A DNA stretch of 64,000 nt from a virus (IMGVR_UViG_2767802108_000001:25135-89134), one strand, 5' to 3'. Positions 37,496-47,564 are shown, counted from the stretch's first letter. Made by a program: numbers and translations. Notes: a model not told the origin generated them from the letters alone.

Positions 37496-38413
37496 TCAGT
37501 CTTGGAGTGATCCCCAGCGGGCGCGGCAGGGCGAGCGACGGCAGCGGTCAAGGCTGGGCACCGTGAACATAGGGGAGAGCCCGCCTGCCCCTGATTCAAG
37601 CGCCTTGTCCTGGATGCAAGCGGCTACAGCAGCCCTTCGGCTGGACCAGGTCCCAGTGACGGCTGCGTGCACGAGGGAACGTCGGTTGGATCGCACGATA
37701 CGACCGCCGAGGAGTGCTCCGTCTTGTGTGAGCGTTCGGACAGTCTGGTGCACCACGGTCTCCGCGAGGTAGGAGTTCAGCTCCACACACTGGCCTATGG
37801 GCGGCGCTGCGCTGCCAAGCGAAGGGATGCTCGACGTGGCACGCAACTCGTTGATGTAAGCGATCAGGTCAGGCGTCGGATGGAACCACTCGCGGCTCCG
37901 TGCTGATGCGCGGGCATGCTTGAACCGGCGCTGCAAATGGCGTTCACGGTCGATACCGCCAGGCTCAGTTGCCAGAGCTTCTGCATGCAGGGCGGTCATC
38001 CTCAGGCGAAGGTTCGTCGTCTTGCCGATCTTGATGAGCTTTTCCCGGCGGGCGAAGTAGACGAGTGGGGCATGTCGTCCGTACTGCGGATCCGGTTGGA
38101 GTCTGTCCCCGTACTTGCGGGTCCAGGTCGAGACGGACTTGGTCAGGTCTTCCTCCAGTTCGCGGACCTTGGCTGCTCCGGCGGTATGGGCCAGCAGAGT
38201 CGCCGCTTCTTCCTCGTGGTCGGCGCAGAAGCGCAGTGGCTCCTTTGTGGTGGCAAGCATGCGGCAGTCGTCGAAGGCACAGATTCGAGTGGTGACGGAT
38301 ACCGCGATGACCTGGACGCGGGCGCCGCATCCACAGCGGAAGGCGTTGCGGCCGGCGCGTCCGTACGGGTTCATGGATCTGCTGCATCCGCATCTGACGG
38401 TGAACTGCTGCAT
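37496..38413 (-). CDS. GIY-YIG/T5orf172-domain protein with Cys-rich N-terminus
   Basis: VYF...IKIGKT.N...R...E..L..RF...REWF. Confidence 0.75.
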   Translation of the reverse strand: MQQFTVRCGCSRSMNPYGRAGRNAFRCGCGARVQVIAVSVTTRICAFDDCRMLATTKEPLRFCADHEEEAATLLAHTAGAAKVRELEEDLTKSVSTWTRKYGDRLQPDPQYGRHAPLVYFARREKLIKIGKTTNLRLRMTALHAEALATEPGGIDRERHLQRRFKHARASARSREWFHPTPDLIAYINELRATSSIPSLGSAAPPIGQCVELNSYLAETVVHQTVRTLTQDGALLGGRIVRSNRRSLVHAAVTGTWSSRRAAVAACIQDKALESGAGGLSPMFTVPSLDRCRRSPCRARWGSLQD

Positions 38414-38537
38414 GGTTTCGTGTTCTCCCAGTTCAGAGACAGGGGTAGCGCGGTGACGAGTTCCGGAGTTAAGATTCGGGGGCGCGATTCGAGTCATCAC
38501 CCAGGCCACCAACCTCTGTTGGTGGCCTTCGTCGTTC

Positions 38538-38876
38538 CTAGGCGGCGAGGGCGAGCTTGGCGGCGCAGGCCTTGTACTCGGCGCGGCGGGGCCGGTAGAT
38601 GACGGCAATGGCTGCGACCTGGGCCGGTGTGTAGCGGGTGCAGGTGCGGGCCTGGCCCTTGCGGTAGGCGGTGCCGGTGACGCCCTGCACGCCAGCCTTG
38701 GTGGCGTTCTTGCGGAGGCTGCTGGCGACGGTGCGGGCTTGGCTGGGGGTGAGGCCGGCGGCGAGGCAGTGGGTGGTGAGGGAGCCAACGCCGCGGCGGT
38801 TAATGCGGGTGGCGGCGCGCTGGCTGCGGGTCCGGTTGCGGAGGGTCTGGCGGGCCTGGCGGCTGCGTGCGTTCAC
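38538..38876 (-). CDS. Basic hypothetical protein
   Basis: GGGAG RBS; YRPRRAEYK motif. Confidence 0.7.
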   Translation of the reverse strand: MNARSRQARQTLRNRTRSQRAATRINRRGVGSLTTHCLAAGLTPSQARTVASSLRKNATKAGVQGVTGTAYRKGQARTCTRYTPAQVAAIAVIYRPRRAEYKACAAKLALAA

Positions 38877-38924
38877 GGTGGGCTCCCCCTTGGTTGGTGC
38901 GGTGCACTCAACATACCTGGAAAG

Positions 38925-38957
38925 GCATTGCCAGGCAACGTCTAAGGCGGATACAGT
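38925..38957 (+). promoter_or_regulatory. Housekeeping-type promoter, divergent third copy of a repeated promoter
   Basis: TTGCCA-N18-TACAGT, sharing GCATTGC...GTCTA...CGG with 52881 and 58744. Confidence 0.55.
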
Positions 38958-39030
38958 AGGGATTGTTGGGGCGCCGCCCCGGCAGTCATCCCGAATGGGC
39001 ATGGCACCCCTATGCAGAATGGAGGACACT

Positions 39031-39900
39031 GTGGTGGCAAACGCCCCCACCACGCGCCCGCCCAACCGTCGAGACGGGCGGCGCCCTTCGAGAGGACACC
39101 ACCTCGTGTCTGGTTCGACCCGTGACCTCCTCAACGCCGCCGCCGGCCAGCTGAAGAAGGACGGCCACCACGACTACGCGTCGGCGGTGGAGTCCGTACT
39201 CGCCCCGGACGGCTGGAAGCATCTGAGGGACACCTCCGGACAGGGCGTTGCCACGCCGCTGTCCGTCACGATGGATTCGGAACTGAAGAGCGCCATTGAA
39301 GACGCGCTGTCCGAGTTCGGATGGTCGAAGCGTGCTCTGGCAGAGCAGGCGTACGAGAAGGTGCTGGCCGGTGAGTGGCTGCCGGAGAAGGTCGGCCGTC
39401 GTCGCACGCGCGGTAAGAAGGCCGTGTGGCAGGTTGACGTGGACGCCAGCCTGCGGCGCCGGGTCCAGGCGGAGCTTGGCCGTCTGACGGAGGAGGCCGG
39501 CTACCGGATCAGTGAGGGCGGCATCATCGTCGCCTGGGTCTGTGAGGAGCTGGGCGTGGACCGGGGGACCGGTTCGGCGATGGTTCTTCAGATGCCGGTC
39601 CAGTTGCGTGACCACTTTGCTGCGGCCCGGGACCGGGGCGTGGATCTGGATGCGCTGGTGGACGGGCGTGTGCGGGCGTTGGTGGACGGTTCGTGGGAGT
39701 TGCCGCGTCCGTCGAAGGCGCCGAAGGGTACGTGGGCGTCTGATGACTGGGGCAAGTTGTCGCTGCGTATCGACAATTCCTTGCGTGATGCGCTGCACGA
39801 GATGGCGCCGCGTCTGTCGGATGAGCTTGGTATCCGCGTGTATCCGGGGACGATCGTCCGGCAGATTCTGACGCTTGAGCTGGGTCAGCCGGCCGAGTAG
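39031..39900 (+). CDS. Putative DNA-binding regulator with tandem RHH-like repeats
   Basis: Four strand-helix-helix-like units arranged as two similar halves; GGAGGA RBS. Confidence 0.55.
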   Translation: MVANAPTTRPPNRRDGRRPSRGHHLVSGSTRDLLNAAAGQLKKDGHHDYASAVESVLAPDGWKHLRDTSGQGVATPLSVTMDSELKSAIEDALSEFGWSKRALAEQAYEKVLAGEWLPEKVGRRRTRGKKAVWQVDVDASLRRRVQAELGRLTEEAGYRISEGGIIVAWVCEELGVDRGTGSAMVLQMPVQLRDHFAAARDRGVDLDALVDGRVRALVDGSWELPRPSKAPKGTWASDDWGKLSLRIDNSLRDALHEMAPRLSDELGIRVYPGTIVRQILTLELGQPAE

Positions 39901-39987
39901 CATTTGGGCGGGGCCGGCCTGGACGCCGACAACCGGGCCGGATACCCGCCGGATCTCATCACTGCACAACCTCATAGGAGAGACCTC

Positions 39988-40815
39988 ATGGCGCAAGCCG
40001 TTGAGGCCCCCGCCGGGACGATGGCGGAGGGCCCCACCTCGCACACCCAAAACCAGGCTGCACTCTTCTCCCCGTACCAGCTGCGGATGCTCCACGGCGG
40101 TATCCACGCCAACCGGGTCCGCATGCTCCGCGGCATGGCCCACCTCGAAGCGTGGGACGTCCGCCGCCAGCTCATCCGTGTCTTCGGGTTCGGCGGGTTC
40201 TCCATCGACACCGTCAGTCTGGACCTGGTCTCCGAGCGGGAGACAAAGAACGGTGAGCGGTCGAAGTGGACCATCGTGTACCGAGCGCAGGTTCGTCTGA
40301 CGCTGTACACCCCCGACGGTCGGAAGATCACGCACTTCGAGGACGCGGCTGCGGGTGACGCCATCAACCAGCCGTCCATCGGTGACGCGCACGACCTGGC
40401 GATGAAGACGGCGGTGTCGCAGGCGCTGAAGCGGTGCGCGGTGAACCTCGGGGACCAGTTCGGTCTGTCGCTGTACAACAACGGGTCGTCGGATCCGGTG
40501 GTGCACTTCTCGGCTGCGCATCCGCCGCAGGAGTGGAAGCCGGTGGAGCCGCCCGCGCCGGAGCCGGAGGATCCGCCGGTGCAGCCGGAGCCGCAGGCTG
40601 CGAGCGTGGTCTCGGAGGCTGTCGCGGAGCCGACGGCGGCTCAGGACCGGGACTACCTGCACGAGGCGCACGAGGCGTCGGATGCGGCCACAGTGCGCCG
40701 TATCTGGCAGGCGGCGCGGGCGGACGGTGCAGTCGAGGAGTACCTAGCGCAGATCGCCGAGGTGGGTAAGGGGAAGGCCGCGCAGGGCGGCGACACGGAG
40801 AGGAGCGCCGCATGA
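39988..40815 (+). CDS. Rad52/Rad22-family (Sak-like) single-strand annealing protein
   Basis: HLEAWDVRRQLIRVFGFGG and A.KTAVSQALKRCAVNLGDQFGLSLY motifs. Confidence 0.9.
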   Translation: MAQAVEAPAGTMAEGPTSHTQNQAALFSPYQLRMLHGGIHANRVRMLRGMAHLEAWDVRRQLIRVFGFGGFSIDTVSLDLVSERETKNGERSKWTIVYRAQVRLTLYTPDGRKITHFEDAAAGDAINQPSIGDAHDLAMKTAVSQALKRCAVNLGDQFGLSLYNNGSSDPVVHFSAAHPPQEWKPVEPPAPEPEDPPVQPEPQAASVVSEAVAEPTAAQDRDYLHEAHEASDAATVRRIWQAARADGAVEEYLAQIAEVGKGKAAQGGDTERSAA

Positions 40816-41237
40816 ACGGGGTCCGGGTCGGTGTCGCACCGCGCGAGCGGCTGTACGCGTCGACCACCGACACCTTCGACCCGGACCAGGACCTGGACTT
40901 CATCGCCATTGAGTACGCCCTGAATGGTGAGAGGGTCCGGCTCACGACCGCGGAGAAGATTTACGCTGCGCGGATCCTGGACGGTCGGAATGTGGTCGTG
41001 AAGGAGATCGGCCGGCGGGTCGGCGCGGACTCGTCCACCGTGTTGGGGTGGAAGGAGAACGGCTGGAAGCCGGGGAAGCACCCGAAGACGCGTAGCCGGG
41101 TTCCGCGGCCTGAGCCGAAGTGTGGGGAGCCGCGCATGTATCGCCGGCATCTGAAGGCTGGCGAGCGCTGCGACGTCTGTCGTGCAGCCAACGCTGCTGC
41201 TGATCGTCGCTACCGGCTCACGGGTAGCCGCAAGTAG
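40812..41237 (+). CDS. HTH plus Cys/His-motif protein
   Basis: EIGRRVG HTH; CG...YRRH...GE.C..CRAA. Confidence 0.7.
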   Translation: MNGVRVGVAPRERLYASTTDTFDPDQDLDFIAIEYALNGERVRLTTAEKIYAARILDGRNVVVKEIGRRVGADSSTVLGWKENGWKPGKHPKTRSRVPRPEPKCGEPRMYRRHLKAGERCDVCRAANAAADRRYRLTGSRK

Positions 41238-41349
41238 TTCGTGGGGCCGCCGTCGTGCGGGCTCTTGGAGGCGTGACCTCCCTGAAGTCCCCGTCTTGGG
41301 GCATCGCATCACCCATCCCGTTCCGGCGGCTGCCGGTTGGAGGTTCCTC

Positions 41350-41586
41350 ATGCCTGTTTCCGTGTGGTGGCTGCTGGGTCTGCTGTTCGTGTCGGCGGTA
41401 GGGACGTGGTGGGTGGTGTGGCGTGAGCGGCGCCGTCCGTCGTCGTATCGCCGTCGGTGGGAGGCGGAGATGGCCGAGTGGCGGTCGCTACCCACTGAGG
41501 TGCAGGCCGCGCACGACAACGCGGTTCTGGACGCTGCGGAGGCTGCGGAGAACGCGGCCTTAGCGCGGCCAGCGGCCTGGTCCTGA
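41350..41586 (+). CDS. Small membrane protein (contains a TTA codon)
   Basis: GGAGG RBS; N-terminal TM. Confidence 0.55.
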   Translation: MPVSVWWLLGLLFVSAVGTWWVVWRERRRPSSYRRRWEAEMAEWRSLPTEVQAAHDNAVLDAAEAAENAALARPAAWS

Positions 41587-41606
41587 TCTGTCCGTCCCTT
41601 CCCCTG

Positions 41607-41930
41607 TTGTTGGAGGTGAGCGCTTTGGGTGCTCGGGCTTGTGTGTGCGTGGCGGCCGTCGTGGTGCTCACCGCGGCGGCCGCCGCCGTTGTGGTGGTGC
41701 GGCGTCGGGAGGCCAGGTTGCGGTGTCGGGCGGTGTCGGCGGAGTTGATGGCCGGCTGCGCGCACCGGGACAGCGAGGCGCTGCGGGTGCAGTTGGAGGG
41801 GTTCCGCCGTCGGCTGGATCGGGAGATCGCGGAGGCGTCGGTGTTGTCGGCGGCTGGGTTGGTGGTGGATGAGGCGTGGGCGTCGGCTCCGTCGCGAATA
41901 GATCCGTCCTCGGAGGGAGGAACGCTGTGA
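41607..41930 (+). CDS. Small membrane protein
   Basis: N-terminal hydrophobic stretch; GTGA overlap with the next gene. Confidence 0.55.
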   Translation: MLEVSALGARACVCVAAVVVLTAAAAAVVVVRRREARLRCRAVSAELMAGCAHRDSEALRVQLEGFRRRLDREIAEASVLSAAGLVVDEAWASAPSRIDPSSEGGTL

Positions 41931-42811
41931 CGAGTTCGAGGGTGTTGAGGCAGGCGTGGGAGGACCACCCGCACTACAGGTACCGCGGGTGCGCGGAGGA
42001 CCAGGACGTACGGGGCCGTGCGGCGGGCGACGTCTCGTTGTCGCTGGACGCGTGGCACGGGGACGACCGGGACGGGTCGGAGCCGCAGCGGGTGCGTGAG
42101 GCCCGGCAGGCTGCCGCAGTCGAGGTGTGTCTGAACTGCCCGGTGATGGTGCAGTGCGACGCCTACGCCAACTCGGTGGTGGTGGAGGACGGGCAGGCTC
42201 GTCTGGCGGAGCCGGCGGGTGTGTGGGGTGCCCGGACGGGGCTGGAGCGGCATCGGGCGTTCATCAAGCACCGGCATGAGGTGGCGGTGCCGGCGCCGCG
42301 GCGGCTGGTGTTGACGGGGCAGCGGGAGGCGGTGCTGTTGGCGCTGGCCGGTCACTGGGATCCGGGGGCGGTGGCGTCGGCGGCTGGGGTGGATGTGCGG
42401 ACGGCGAATTGGCAGCGTCGTCGTCTGGTGACGATGCTGGCGCTGCCGCAGGCGGTGTCGCGTCGGGAGCTGCTGGCGGCCGCTGTCGCTCAGGGGCTGC
42501 TGGACGCGGACGTGGTGGTGGGGGATGACGGCAGCGTGCCTGCGGTGCCGCCTCCGCCTGCCCCGTCCCGGGCCGCGTCTGGTGGCTCGGGCGGCACGGC
42601 GGCCGGGGCGGTGCCGCCTGTGGAGGCGCCCGCCGTCCTTCGGGGACGTGTCCGGGGTCGCCCTCGTCGTCCTGGTGCTGCCCGCCGGCGCGTCACTCTC
42701 GGGCCGCCGGTCCCTGTAGGCCCTGGGCAGCTGTCGATGTTCGAGGTGCCCCAGCCGTCTGCCCCTGTTGTTCCCCTGCACCGTTCTGAGCCGTTGGAGG
42801 CCGCAGCATGA
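41927..42811 (+). CDS. WhiB-family regulator with C-terminal extension
   Basis: C...CLNCPVMVQC...GVWGA, followed by an HTH-like region. Confidence 0.8.
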   Translation: MTSSRVLRQAWEDHPHYRYRGCAEDQDVRGRAAGDVSLSLDAWHGDDRDGSEPQRVREARQAAAVEVCLNCPVMVQCDAYANSVVVEDGQARLAEPAGVWGARTGLERHRAFIKHRHEVAVPAPRRLVLTGQREAVLLALAGHWDPGAVASAAGVDVRTANWQRRRLVTMLALPQAVSRRELLAAAVAQGLLDADVVVGDDGSVPAVPPPPAPSRAASGGSGGTAAGAVPPVEAPAVLRGRVRGRPRRPGAARRRVTLGPPVPVGPGQLSMFEVPQPSAPVVPLHRSEPLEAAA

Positions 42812-43233
42812 CCGAGACCACCCCTGCCCCTGTCCCGTCCGCCTCCGACGACGACGCGGCGTTCGAGACGATGCGCACGGACGCGGTGAACGCCGGCCGG
42901 GCGATGTCGTCGGGCGAGTTCCTGGCGGGGCTGATCGCCAACGGGCAGTTGGAGACGGCGGGCCGTCCGGAGAAGCTGGCGCGGGACATGTGGCCGGACG
43001 CGGATCCGGCGCTGGTGCAGGCGGTGTGGGACCGGGCTCTCGCAGTCGGGTTCCACGCCGGGCGGGTGTCGGCTGCGCCGCGCATGTTCCGGGACCAGCT
43101 GGACCGCCTGGCGGGCGTGTTCGCGGCGGCGGGGTTTCATGCGATGGGTGGTCTGGTGTCGCGGTCGCGGCGGCTGGTGGTTCCGGAGGCACCGTCGCAT
43201 CCGGCGGACGGCGAGGCGGGGCACGGGCACTGA
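42808..43233 (+). CDS. Hypothetical protein
   Basis: GGAGG RBS; ATGA overlap. Confidence 0.7.
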   Translation: MTETTPAPVPSASDDDAAFETMRTDAVNAGRAMSSGEFLAGLIANGQLETAGRPEKLARDMWPDADPALVQAVWDRALAVGFHAGRVSAAPRMFRDQLDRLAGVFAAAGFHAMGGLVSRSRRLVVPEAPSHPADGEAGHGH

Positions 43234-43605
43234 CGGCGGGTCACATCCGGTGTGACTTGTCGGACTAGAGACACAGGGGAAGGGACTGGGACAGGTGGCA
43301 GGTTCAACCGGTAGCATGTGGTACACGTCAGACGTTCAGTCAGTTGCGAGGCTGGATGGCAGGCGTCACCAAACTGAAAAGTCGGAAGCCCCCGCTGCCA
43401 CCTTGGTGGCAGTCCCGGTTTGCGAAGCCGGGACGCGAGGGCTGACGGCACTCACCGTTGCTGAGACGAATGAAGGTGCCGACGTGGCAAAGAGTACCCG
43501 GGGTCGTTCCCCCGAAGACAGGTCACCCCGAAGTTTCTGCGTATCCGGCGTGAAGATCACACCGCCGATGCAGCCGGGCCCTGTCCCTTCTACCCGCACA
43601 GTCGC

Positions 43606-44076
43606 ATGACCGCCCAGGCGGTATACCGCCTGCTCTGCGACGCGCCTCACTGCTTGGCGTCTGAACTCGTCGAGGATCTCCGGCAGGTACCCGACGGCTG
43701 GCGGAAGCTGAAGTCCACCGACCACATCGCCGTCCCGCCCCGGCAGCTTGCCTTCGAGCGGCGCCGACCTCGCACCCTGACCTACAGCGAGCAATGCCGT
43801 GGAGAGTTCACCCTCCACCTCTGCCCTGAACACCCGAACGTCTTCGACGCCCACCTGCCACGCACCGACGGCATCTACACCCGTCCCGGTCGGGACAGTC
43901 AGGCATACGCGTCGTGCTCCTGCGGCATGAAGTACGTCCTGTGCCGCACCGGCTGGAGGATCGCCGGAGGCGACGGCCGCGGCCCGGCTTCCCACACGGA
44001 GAACGCATGGTGGCGGCATCTCCCGGCCGAACTCCAGTGGTACGCCACTCGCGACGCTGGGCAGGTGGAGCGATGA
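43606..44076 (+). CDS. Cys-rich hypothetical protein
   Basis: CDAPHC, HLCPEH and CSCG motifs. Confidence 0.65.
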   Translation: MTAQAVYRLLCDAPHCLASELVEDLRQVPDGWRKLKSTDHIAVPPRQLAFERRRPRTLTYSEQCRGEFTLHLCPEHPNVFDAHLPRTDGIYTRPGRDSQAYASCSCGMKYVLCRTGWRIAGGDGRGPASHTENAWWRHLPAELQWYATRDAGQVER

Positions 44077-44492
44077 GCCCCGACGACCTCTCCCTCGCCG
44101 ACCTGCGTAGCGAACTCCACCGGCTGGTCGCCGTTGCCGACAGTGCGGAGCGCCCCAAGCCCACCCGCATCAACCCCGCCGACCACTCCATGCCCGGCTA
44201 CGAATGGGACCTGCGCGAGCAGGACCACCCGTACACCAAGCGGCAGTACGTGTGGGTCATAAGGGCCATCGACGACCAGGACACGGCCGACGGCATGGTC
44301 CACGTGTCCACGCCGGAGTCGATGTTCCCCGGCGAAGACTTCGTCCCCATGTACGCGTCGGACGCCCGCCGCCTCGCAATGGCGTTGCTGGCCGCAGCCG
44401 ACCGTGCCGACTCCGTCAGTCAGGGCGTTACCAGTCTGGTCGCCTGGCGGACGGCCAAGAGCGATCCACCTGAGAGGAAGCAGATGACGTAG
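44073..44492 (+). CDS. Hypothetical protein
   Basis: ATGA overlap; DARRLAMALLAAADRA motif. Confidence 0.7.
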   Translation: MSPDDLSLADLRSELHRLVAVADSAERPKPTRINPADHSMPGYEWDLREQDHPYTKRQYVWVIRAIDDQDTADGMVHVSTPESMFPGEDFVPMYASDARRLAMALLAAADRADSVSQGVTSLVAWRTAKSDPPERKQMT

Positions 44493-44716
44493 CGAGTAGC
44501 TGAGGCGGGAGGTTCCTGGGCCCCTTGGCGGGGGCTCATCCTCTACCGCCTGGCCGCTGGTGTTGGCGCACCGTGCGCGGCCTCGTACCACGGCTCGAAG
44601 TTGGCGCTTCGAGCTAAGGCTCCGGATTCCCGGAGCGAACTACAGGTTCTGACCGAACCAGACCACCGAAGCCGGGGCCCTTTTGTGCTCCCGGCGCAAC
44701 CGGAAGCAGGTCCATA

Positions 44717-46111
44717 GTGCCTCAGCGCACCCCTTCTTGTCAGCTTGGCGCTTCCCGCACGCCCGAAACGCGAGGAACATCCCCCCGCACGGTCGACACC
44801 CAGTGCCCCGAAACCCGACTCCCCGTGGCCCCCCCGCACCAGTGGCTGCACGCCACGACAGGCCGTATCGCACCCGACCCGCACTCCTGGATGACCTCCG
44901 TCCACTGGATGACCGACCACGCCACCAAGGGCCACTACAAGCCCACCGCCAAGGGCTCCCCGAAGTGGGGGCCCACCACGGTCGCCGTTGCTCAGGAGAT
45001 CGCCGCACTCAAGGAGTGCCGACCCGGCGTCGACTACCTCGCCCGGAAACTCCGCGTGTCCGAGAGGACCGTCCAGTACCACCTCGGCATGCTCCGCGAG
45101 ACCGGACTCCTCGTGTACCGCAGCAAGGGCACCCGCATCCGCGGCGGAGGCAACCAGGCGTCCGTGTACGAGCGGACCATCCCCGTCGTCTTTGACGAGG
45201 CCCTCGGTATCCGCACCGTCGGCGAAGGGGTGCAACGCCGTCCCGTCGGCGCCTCACCGGAGCACCGGAAGACCCTCGGGAAGCTCGCCAAGAAGGCCGC
45301 CCGGAAGGTCCGCCGGCCCCGCCGCCGGACCCCTGTTTCGGCCGGTACCCGTTGCACCCCAATGGGGGTGGGTACTTCTGCGGCTTCTTCTGCGGCTAGT
45401 ACCTACTCTCCCTCTGAGAGCAAGCTCGCAAGCGGGGAAGGCAAGTCCCCCACCCCCAAGTCGTCGAAGCGCGGACCGCGCACCCTGAACCGCGTCGGCC
45501 GCCGCTACCAGCTCGCCCGAGAAGCCATCACCGTCATTCCGTGGCTGCACGGCGCCTCCACCCCCCGCATCGCCTGGATCCTCAAGGACTTCGCCGACAA
45601 CGGCTGGACTGTCCGCGAGGTCCAGGCCGTCGCCGAGAACATCCCCATGCCCACCCACGGCGTCCGACGCCCCTCCGGAATGCTCGCTGACCGCCTCCGC
45701 GGCAAGGCCGACATGACCGCCACGATGCGCGCCGCCTACGTGACCATGTGGGAAGAGTCCCGGACCGCCGCCAAGGACCGGCACGCCGACTACGAGGCTG
45801 CCCCCGCCGGCCCCCAGAGCCTCGCCGCCCGTCGGGCGATGGACGAGGCATTCGCCGCCATCCGCGACCGGCTCGCTCCCCAGATGCCCGAGGTGGAGTT
45901 GTCGCCGCTCGGCTCCATCGACGACCTCACTCGGCAGGAAGTCCTCGACCTCCGTCACGAGGCCGCCAAGAACCCCGACGTGATCCTCGACATGATCCAG
46001 GTCCTCGGGGAGCGAGACGCCCGCCGCCTGTACACGAACCGGGTCGTCGACCAGACCCTCGCCCTCGAGCGCATCAACGCCCGCCGCGACACCTACGCCC
46101 CCGCCTTCTGA
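44717..46111 (+). CDS. Putative replication initiator (winged HTH)
   Basis: PGVDYLARKLRVSERTVQYHLGMLRETGLL HTH_36-like motif plus NQASVY, as in phage/plasmid Rep proteins; structured leader; DciA nearby. Confidence 0.7.
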   Translation: MPQRTPSCQLGASRTPETRGTSPRTVDTQCPETRLPVAPPHQWLHATTGRIAPDPHSWMTSVHWMTDHATKGHYKPTAKGSPKWGPTTVAVAQEIAALKECRPGVDYLARKLRVSERTVQYHLGMLRETGLLVYRSKGTRIRGGGNQASVYERTIPVVFDEALGIRTVGEGVQRRPVGASPEHRKTLGKLAKKAARKVRRPRRRTPVSAGTRCTPMGVGTSAASSAASTYSPSESKLASGEGKSPTPKSSKRGPRTLNRVGRRYQLAREAITVIPWLHGASTPRIAWILKDFADNGWTVREVQAVAENIPMPTHGVRRPSGMLADRLRGKADMTATMRAAYVTMWEESRTAAKDRHADYEAAPAGPQSLAARRAMDEAFAAIRDRLAPQMPEVELSPLGSIDDLTRQEVLDLRHEAAKNPDVILDMIQVLGERDARRLYTNRVVDQTLALERINARRDTYAPAF

Positions 46112-46122
46112 GGAGACCCACC

Positions 46123-46782
46123 ATGCCCCGCAGCAAACTCGACCAGTCGTACCCGCGCGTCCTCCGCGCCCACACCAGGACCAATCCCGCACCCGAGTCG
46201 ATCCAGTTGGAGTTCCCTGTGCCCCAGGAAGACACGTACAGGGGAAGCCAAGAATCTGTCCGGTGCGTCAACGTCGTGCGCGACCTGGCCGATTACGTCC
46301 CGAGCGCAACCAAGGCAACCAAGCCTGCTTCATCTGCATCGACCGTCCACCGGAACCAGCTCCGACGTCTTGCCATCGGACGAATACAGAGGCTCGCCGC
46401 CACCGACGACTGGGGGCACAGGCCGGATCCTGATCCCGTCCACGACGCAGACCACAGAACGTCCATGAGCGACGCACGAATCGCGCTCAACGTTGTTCGC
46501 GGCATCACCCTTGCCGACATCGACCCCACTACTGGATACGACGTGTCTCGACAGGCGTACGAGAGAAGCCGGATCGAGTGGCGTAAGCGCATAGCGCAGC
46601 AGGGTTGGGACATTTTCACGGCCACTCAGTACGCCAAGGTGCGAGCAAGGTGGGAGGCGCGCCACCCGGAGTGGGTCGTGGATGACGACTGGCTGGAGGG
46701 ACTCGCCGGAGTGGAGGCAGCGCGACGGGAACTGGATGTGGCGCGGGAGCGCATCCGAGTTGTCGTTGAGGGGGCCCAGTGA
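46123..46782 (+). CDS. Hypothetical protein
   Basis: AGGAG RBS; weaker GC3 bias than neighbours. Confidence 0.6.
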   Translation: MPRSKLDQSYPRVLRAHTRTNPAPESIQLEFPVPQEDTYRGSQESVRCVNVVRDLADYVPSATKATKPASSASTVHRNQLRRLAIGRIQRLAATDDWGHRPDPDPVHDADHRTSMSDARIALNVVRGITLADIDPTTGYDVSRQAYERSRIEWRKRIAQQGWDIFTATQYAKVRARWEARHPEWVVDDDWLEGLAGVEAARRELDVARERIRVVVEGAQ

Positions 46783-47564
46783 CCGAGCAGGCTTCCGGTG
46801 CAGACCTGGCCCGCATGGCGCTCGCCGCCGCCCGCGCCAACGCCAAATCCAACCCCGCACCCGCCAGAAAGACCCGCCGCGGACCCCGACCCGCCCGCGG
46901 CGAAGGACGCGACCCCCAAGGACTCGGCACCATCCTCGGACGCCTCCAGACCGAACAAGGCTGGGACGCCGGACTCAACGGCGGCAACCTCCTCGACCAA
47001 TGGGCCACCATCGCCCCCACCGAGTTGGCCGCAACCGTCCAAGCCGTCGCCTACGACCCCGACCGCGGCATCCTCGAACTCCGCCCCACCAGCCCCGCCT
47101 ACGCCACCCAGATACGCCTCTTCCAGCAGCAGCTAGTCACCCACCTCAACCGGCAGCTGGGCAAGCCCGCCGTCCGCACCATCCGCGTCCTCGCCCCAGG
47201 CGCCGACCACAAGCCCACGGACGGCGCCCTCGAGCCGGAGACGGCCGCCACGCCAGCCGGGCCCGTGAAGATCCGCGACACCGCCCACCCCGGCTACCAG
47301 GCCACGCTCGCCCTCGCCCTCCAACACCGCGGCAGCCACCAGCGCACCGACCCCTACGAGGAGCAGGCCCGCGCCCGACAGGAAGCCGCGTTGCGCGCCG
47401 GCCGGCAGCACGAGACCGAACACCGCGACGGCGTGTGGGAACTCGACCGGCTCGAGACTGCCCGCGTTGACCAGGCGGAAGCCGTCCGCCAAGCCGCCAT
47501 CGCCCGAGCCCGCCAGGAGAAAGCAGGTGGCACCATGCCCCGCAAAGCCTTCGACGCCGCCTAA
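46779..47564 (+). CDS. dciA: DciA/DUF721-family protein
   Basis: SGADLARMAL, RDPQ.LG..L..L....GW and W..I.......G.L.....SPAYATQIR motifs. Confidence 0.8.
   Translation: MTEQASGADLARMALAAARANAKSNPAPARKTRRGPRPARGEGRDPQGLGTILGRLQTEQGWDAGLNGGNLLDQWATIAPTELAATVQAVAYDPDRGILELRPTSPAYATQIRLFQQQLVTHLNRQLGKPAVRTIRVLAPGADHKPTDGALEPETAATPAGPVKIRDTAHPGYQATLALALQHRGSHQRTDPYEEQARARQEAALRAGRQHETEHRDGVWELDRLETARVDQAEAVRQAAIARARQEKAGGTMPRKAFDAA

Noticed and set aside
43387-43443. Possible tRNA
   Set aside because: Only two internal hairpins, with no T-loop (TTCRA), D-loop or anticodon geometry.
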